DNA of 63,851 nt, the filler included, from Dicyema japonicum (lineage: Eukaryota; Animalia; Dicyemida), in NCBI GenBank assembly GCA_011109175.1. It is 8 parts of 8 records of this genome, joined end to end, with 100 filler letters (N's around TTAATTAATTAA, not from the genome) between each part and the next. Parts side by side here need not be neighbours in the genome. Positions count along the whole stretch, not along the records: positions 54,076 to 60,534 come from RDEW01000276.1; positions 60,635 to 63,851 come from RDEW01000018.1; 6 more parts are not named here. One strand, 5' to 3'. Both the position numbers and the translations under genes were made by a program. Of this stretch, positions 60,040 through 63,851 are shown piece after piece; the first letter of the stretch is position 1; each line of letters begins with the position of its first letter. The notes under the pieces were generated by a model. The model was not told the DNA's origin, searched no databases, and worked only from the letters and a program-made list of their open reading frames with translations.

Positions 60040-61768
60040 GAAAAATTAGGGTAGCATGGTATATTGAACTCAATATAATAAAATATCACGTTTTTCTTCT
60101 TTCTCGTTACTATAGTGAGAGGGAAAGCACTATGTCATAGACGTGACGAAACATGTGCAACACAAAAAATCAAACTGGAAGTTGACTTCTATCTCTGACA
60201 ACACTGTCTTTTCTAGCAGCATGTTAAGAATTTCCCCGTCCTTGAGACGTTTCCTGATTTCCTTAAGGTCTTCAATAAAAACAATTAGGTAACTTTTGGT
60301 GAGGTTAAGATTGTCCAATTTTATTTAAAGCATCTAGATTCTATCGTTTAAACTCAAATAACGGCTAAGTCATTCCTTACAGTGAATCGCACTTCATAGT
60401 GCCTGGATCAGTCGGGAAGTGAGATTAGCCTGAAATCACCACGTTGTTCTTCTAACAATTGTATATTTTGTCTCTTGAAAAGATCTGAACGAAATTTTGT
60501 AGTTTGATTGGTCTTCACAGAGTTTTCTTTTTTTNNNNNNNNNNNNNNNNNNNNNNNNNNNNNNNNNNNNNNNNNNNNTTAATTAATTAANNNNNNNNNN
60601 NNNNNNNNNNNNNNNNNNNNNNNNNNNNNNNNNNCTTCCATATGGAAGGAATACAATTTTCGTTGATTGAAAAGTTGAAAATTTTTGTGAGGGCAATGAT
60701 AGCATAGGGGCCTATGTTTTTCAGAAATATTGCAGGAATTCCGTCCGGACCACAGGAATAAGTCGACTTTTGACCCTTGACCATATTCTGTACGTTCTCC
60801 ACAGAGAGGACAATCGGAGAGGTGGCTCTTTTAGGTTTGAGGGCTAGGATTGATGGACCTTCGAATTTCTTGTGTGGGATGAAACTCGTGGAGAAGTAGT
60901 ACTTCATAAGTTTGTTTAGAAAGATCTTGTTTTCCATTTCATCACGTGTGGCCGGGTTGTCAGCGTTACTAAAGCTTCTAAGTGTTTTCTACATTTTTGT
61001 AAGGGAGTTCTGCTTGTTTAAATTGGACAGTAGGTTTTTCCAAACTTTCTCTTGTTTCTTCTTTGCATTGTTCCTGATCTCTCTTTCTAATGTACGAATT
61101 CTCAATCTTGTTTCCCAGGATTGTTTTTGGATGCTTTTTTAGGTAATTTCTTTCCTTCATAAGTGGATCGGCTCTGGGATAAGAATTCTTTCTTGAGGTC
61201 AGTTGCCTTCTTTTAATACAAATTTTCATTCCCTCGCGTACCACTCTATTAAAATATTGTAGTGCTTTATCGATGGAGTTGAAATTGGATAAATGAAAGT
61301 TAAGTAGATAATAGTCGACAAAATTTGAGAAATTTTTCCAGTCGACATTTTTGTAGTCGGTAAATAAAACAGGTTTCGTTACAATTGACACTCTTCCTTC
61401 AAACGTAATCATAACGGGATTGTGGTAACTGCTGGTCTCGTATAGCACTGTCCATTTTGTTAATGTTGCGATGTTTAGTGAGGCAATGACAGGAGATCGT
61501 GGGACGATGTCCTGTCATTTGCTCTGTAGGGAGTCCTTGTATTGAATGTAGGGTTGTTTAATATTATCAGGTCATCCAGTTTCCGATGCTTGTCTTGACT
61601 GAAATACCAATATATTCGACGGGAGACTTGAGGTTGACAAAAGTTTCGTTTGCGTACGGAATTTCTTTTTTGATAAGGGTAAGTTCAAATGGGATAAAAG
61701 GGAACGTAGTTCCAACACTTTATTGCGGATTCAATTACATTTAATTGTAGAATAATCAGTGTGCTGTT

Positions 61769-61813
61769 GGGTCCTGGATTAGATTCTACATCACCAGACA
61801 GAACTAGTAAAGA
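61769..61813 (-). other. 2A-like StopGo peptide SLLVLSGDVESNPGP
   Basis: Exact consensus; not covered by the supplied ORF track. Confidence 0.88.
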
Positions 61814-61857
61814 GAAAACGGTAGGCTACCCTTCATAGAAAAGTAAAGAAAGTCGAA

Positions 61858-61929
61858 CGGTTCTCCTCCATGCAGAACTTGCTCTGAGCGCCACCACAAC
61901 AACAGGTGAACCGCATGACGCCACGCTAA
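61858..61929 (-). ncRNA. Predicted HDV-like pseudoknot RNA at the LINE 5' end
   Basis: P1 GGCGTC/GGCGCT with a first G-U pair, P2 CGGTTC/GAACCG, P3 ACC/GGT, P4 CAGAG/TTCTG. Confidence 0.55.
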
Positions 61930-62075
61930 AAATGAAAATATTACGCTACATGAAGCCAAACTATTGGAAAATAAATTAGTTAAAAATAATTTAAAACTTT
62001 TATTATTAAAATTTAATTTTCAAATAACTGCTGAATGTTTTAGTTAATGTTATTTGTAGTTTCAATATTTTATGA

Positions 62076-62612
62076 ATGTTCGGACACTTTCTTAGAGTAA
62101 GGTTAAGCCTCATAAACGCATTATTCAGTAAAATTGGAAAATTGAAAAGAAGTAATCCAAAAATAATACCAAATTCTGAAAAATATTTTCAAATTTATAA
62201 ATTCACACATATCCAAACACTTCGTTTGTTTCTAAGAGCCAAGATTTACCAAACCGTAATCCTCATATCACTGTGTCCAGTTTACTATTTCTCCAACCAA
62301 GACATTCTTCCATTATTTATATTCTCAGTATTTTCCTTATTCATGCTTATTATCTTTGGATTATATCTGCAAAAGTTTGTCGGTCTTATTAGAGTGGATA
62401 GTACCACCAAGAAGGTTGTTATTTCAAGACTTAATTTTTGGGGATCGAGGGCTGACCGGGAGGTTGACGTTTCCTTAATTCAAACTGGCAATGAAAATTT
62501 CTCGCAGTCATTTTCCTTCAAAATTGGCGAGGATAAGTATTCATACATTATTTCAAAGAAATTTGGAGTCATTTTTGACAAGAAACTGTTCTTTCATGTT
62601 TTCGGGGAATAA
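62076..62612 (+). CDS. TMEM186: Transmembrane protein 186 (mitochondrial complex I assembly MCIA component)
   Basis: IYKF..I...RAKIYQT, two hydrophobic helices, VGLIRV......VISRLNFWGSR.D. Confidence 0.8.
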   Translation: MFGHFLRVRLSLINALFSKIGKLKRSNPKIIPNSEKYFQIYKFTHIQTLRLFLRAKIYQTVILISLCPVYYFSNQDILPLFIFSVFSLFMLIIFGLYLQKFVGLIRVDSTTKKVVISRLNFWGSRADREVDVSLIQTGNENFSQSFSFKIGEDKYSYIISKKFGVIFDKKLFFHVFGE

Positions 62613-63851
62613 CTTTTATAAATTTTAAAATTCTGGTTATTTTGGTTTACTAAATGAGGGAAGTGATCGAAGTAGTAACAGGGTACTGTATGCAGTTATT
62701 TGCAATAATTACAACCTCATAGTTACGGAGTGGAAGAGTGACGTGGTTCTCAAAGAATCCCCAAAAGCCTCACCAGGATGATAACGTGGAACAATGTTCA
62801 CCAGGACAACCTCAGAACATTAATGAGTCCCCGATTTTGACCAAGAAAGCCCACTTCACCAGTGAAGTGTTATGTTATTCGGAGATAAAGTGGACTTTGA
62901 GATTAAAAAGGATGAGAATACTAAAGGTTTTTGTACTCCCCAGTATCACCCATACCCTTTTTGGGACTAATATCAAAAAACTCGTTTAGCTGAACATCTT
63001 ATACGTTTTTGATGCATGGGTCGTCCTACTCCCTTGGCTGGGTTTAGCATATTATGGGTAAATTTCTCAGAGTCATATAGCGCTGTCCGAAACGGACACA
63101 CATTTCGTTGTTAGAGAAAAACCCCCAATGTCGCCAATTATTGCCACTGATGGAAGGCCATCAGGATTTTCTTAAAATTACAATTTTTTCAGGGCATCCA
63201 AAAGGGCCCAAAGTCAGATAATATTTAAAATCCTCCCCAAATCTGAATTATTTTATTTATTTTTATTACGAATTATTAACAAAAGAGTTAAGGAGTTTTT
63301 TGGAGGGTATTACATCTGAGTCCTACCATAAAGCTTGGACTCCACACCTGGACCCTTCCTCCTTATTTTATTAATTTATTTTTCAAGACGTTTCTCCCAG
63401 CTTTATGCCCCAAATATGAGGAAAGAACTTCTACTTTATAGAGATGAGTACTGTTATAGTATAGGCATCAATAGTTTATATGGTGAACCTTCGAATTACG
63501 ATTTACTTTGCTGACAATTGGTGGTCACTGTCAACGTGGATGAATAATCTTTTATACTCGTACAACTTAATACATTGATTGTGGGGTTTGCCTAAAATCT
63601 ATAAGTTGTCATGACTACACTATATAATGGATTTGTATTAACAATAATAAATGCCAACTAATAGTTGCACGTGTATAATCATTGTAGGATTGCACAGAAC
63701 CAGTCAAATCAAAAATAAACACGAGGAATTGATGTATCTGCAAACACAACACTTCATTGAACGAGAAAAAAAGAAACGACTCAGTCAAATTGACAGAAGT
63801 ATCGCAACGATTAGAAAATCCTTTACTTTTGAAAAACAGTCATATTTCCGT

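Larger units (their letters stand above)
60635..61940 (-). mobile_element. Second Ingi/Vingi-like LINE, 5' half (structured 5' end, 2A, degenerate APE, start of RT), cut by gap
   Basis: SLLVLSGDVESNPGP, IILQLNV, SYHNPV, DYKNVDWKNFS, SCGPDGIP..FLK, IFNFSI...IPSIWK. Confidence 0.85.

Overview
AT-rich eukaryotic (animal-type) DNA in the standard genetic code. It is made of 8 contig pieces joined by artificial 100-nt linkers (N44-TTAATTAATTAA-N44), so adjacency across linkers is not established. Host genes are compact and split by ultra-short (mostly 23-35 nt) GT-AG introns: a PRCP-like S28 protein lacking its catalytic Ser, mS38/AURKAIP1, a minimal LATS/Warts kinase, eL6/RPL6, a gelsolin/severin-like protein, TMEM186, an LRR fragment, an E2F pseudogene and two beta-tubulin pseudogenes. 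This suggests a genome-reduced metazoan parasite such as a dicyemid or myxozoan (inference only). Much of the rest is transposon debris: CRE-like and R4/Dong-like RLE retrotransposons, RTE, Ingi/Vingi-like and Jockey/I-like LINEs, a tRNA-derived SINE, and hAT, pogo, Tc1/IS630 and Ginger-like DNA elements. Top observations: (1) two divergent Ingi/Vingi-like LINEs share a 5' module of a covarying HDV-ribozyme-like pseudoknot followed by a 2A StopGo peptide in front of the endonuclease; (2) at two independent loci an RTE 3' end is joined to an endonuclease-less RT element that starts at nearly the same codon; (3) a ~3.1-kb inverted duplication preserves both the filled and the empty site of the 2A element; (4) a possible viral fusogen/env remnant. 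All homology calls come from motif recognition by eye; no searches were run.
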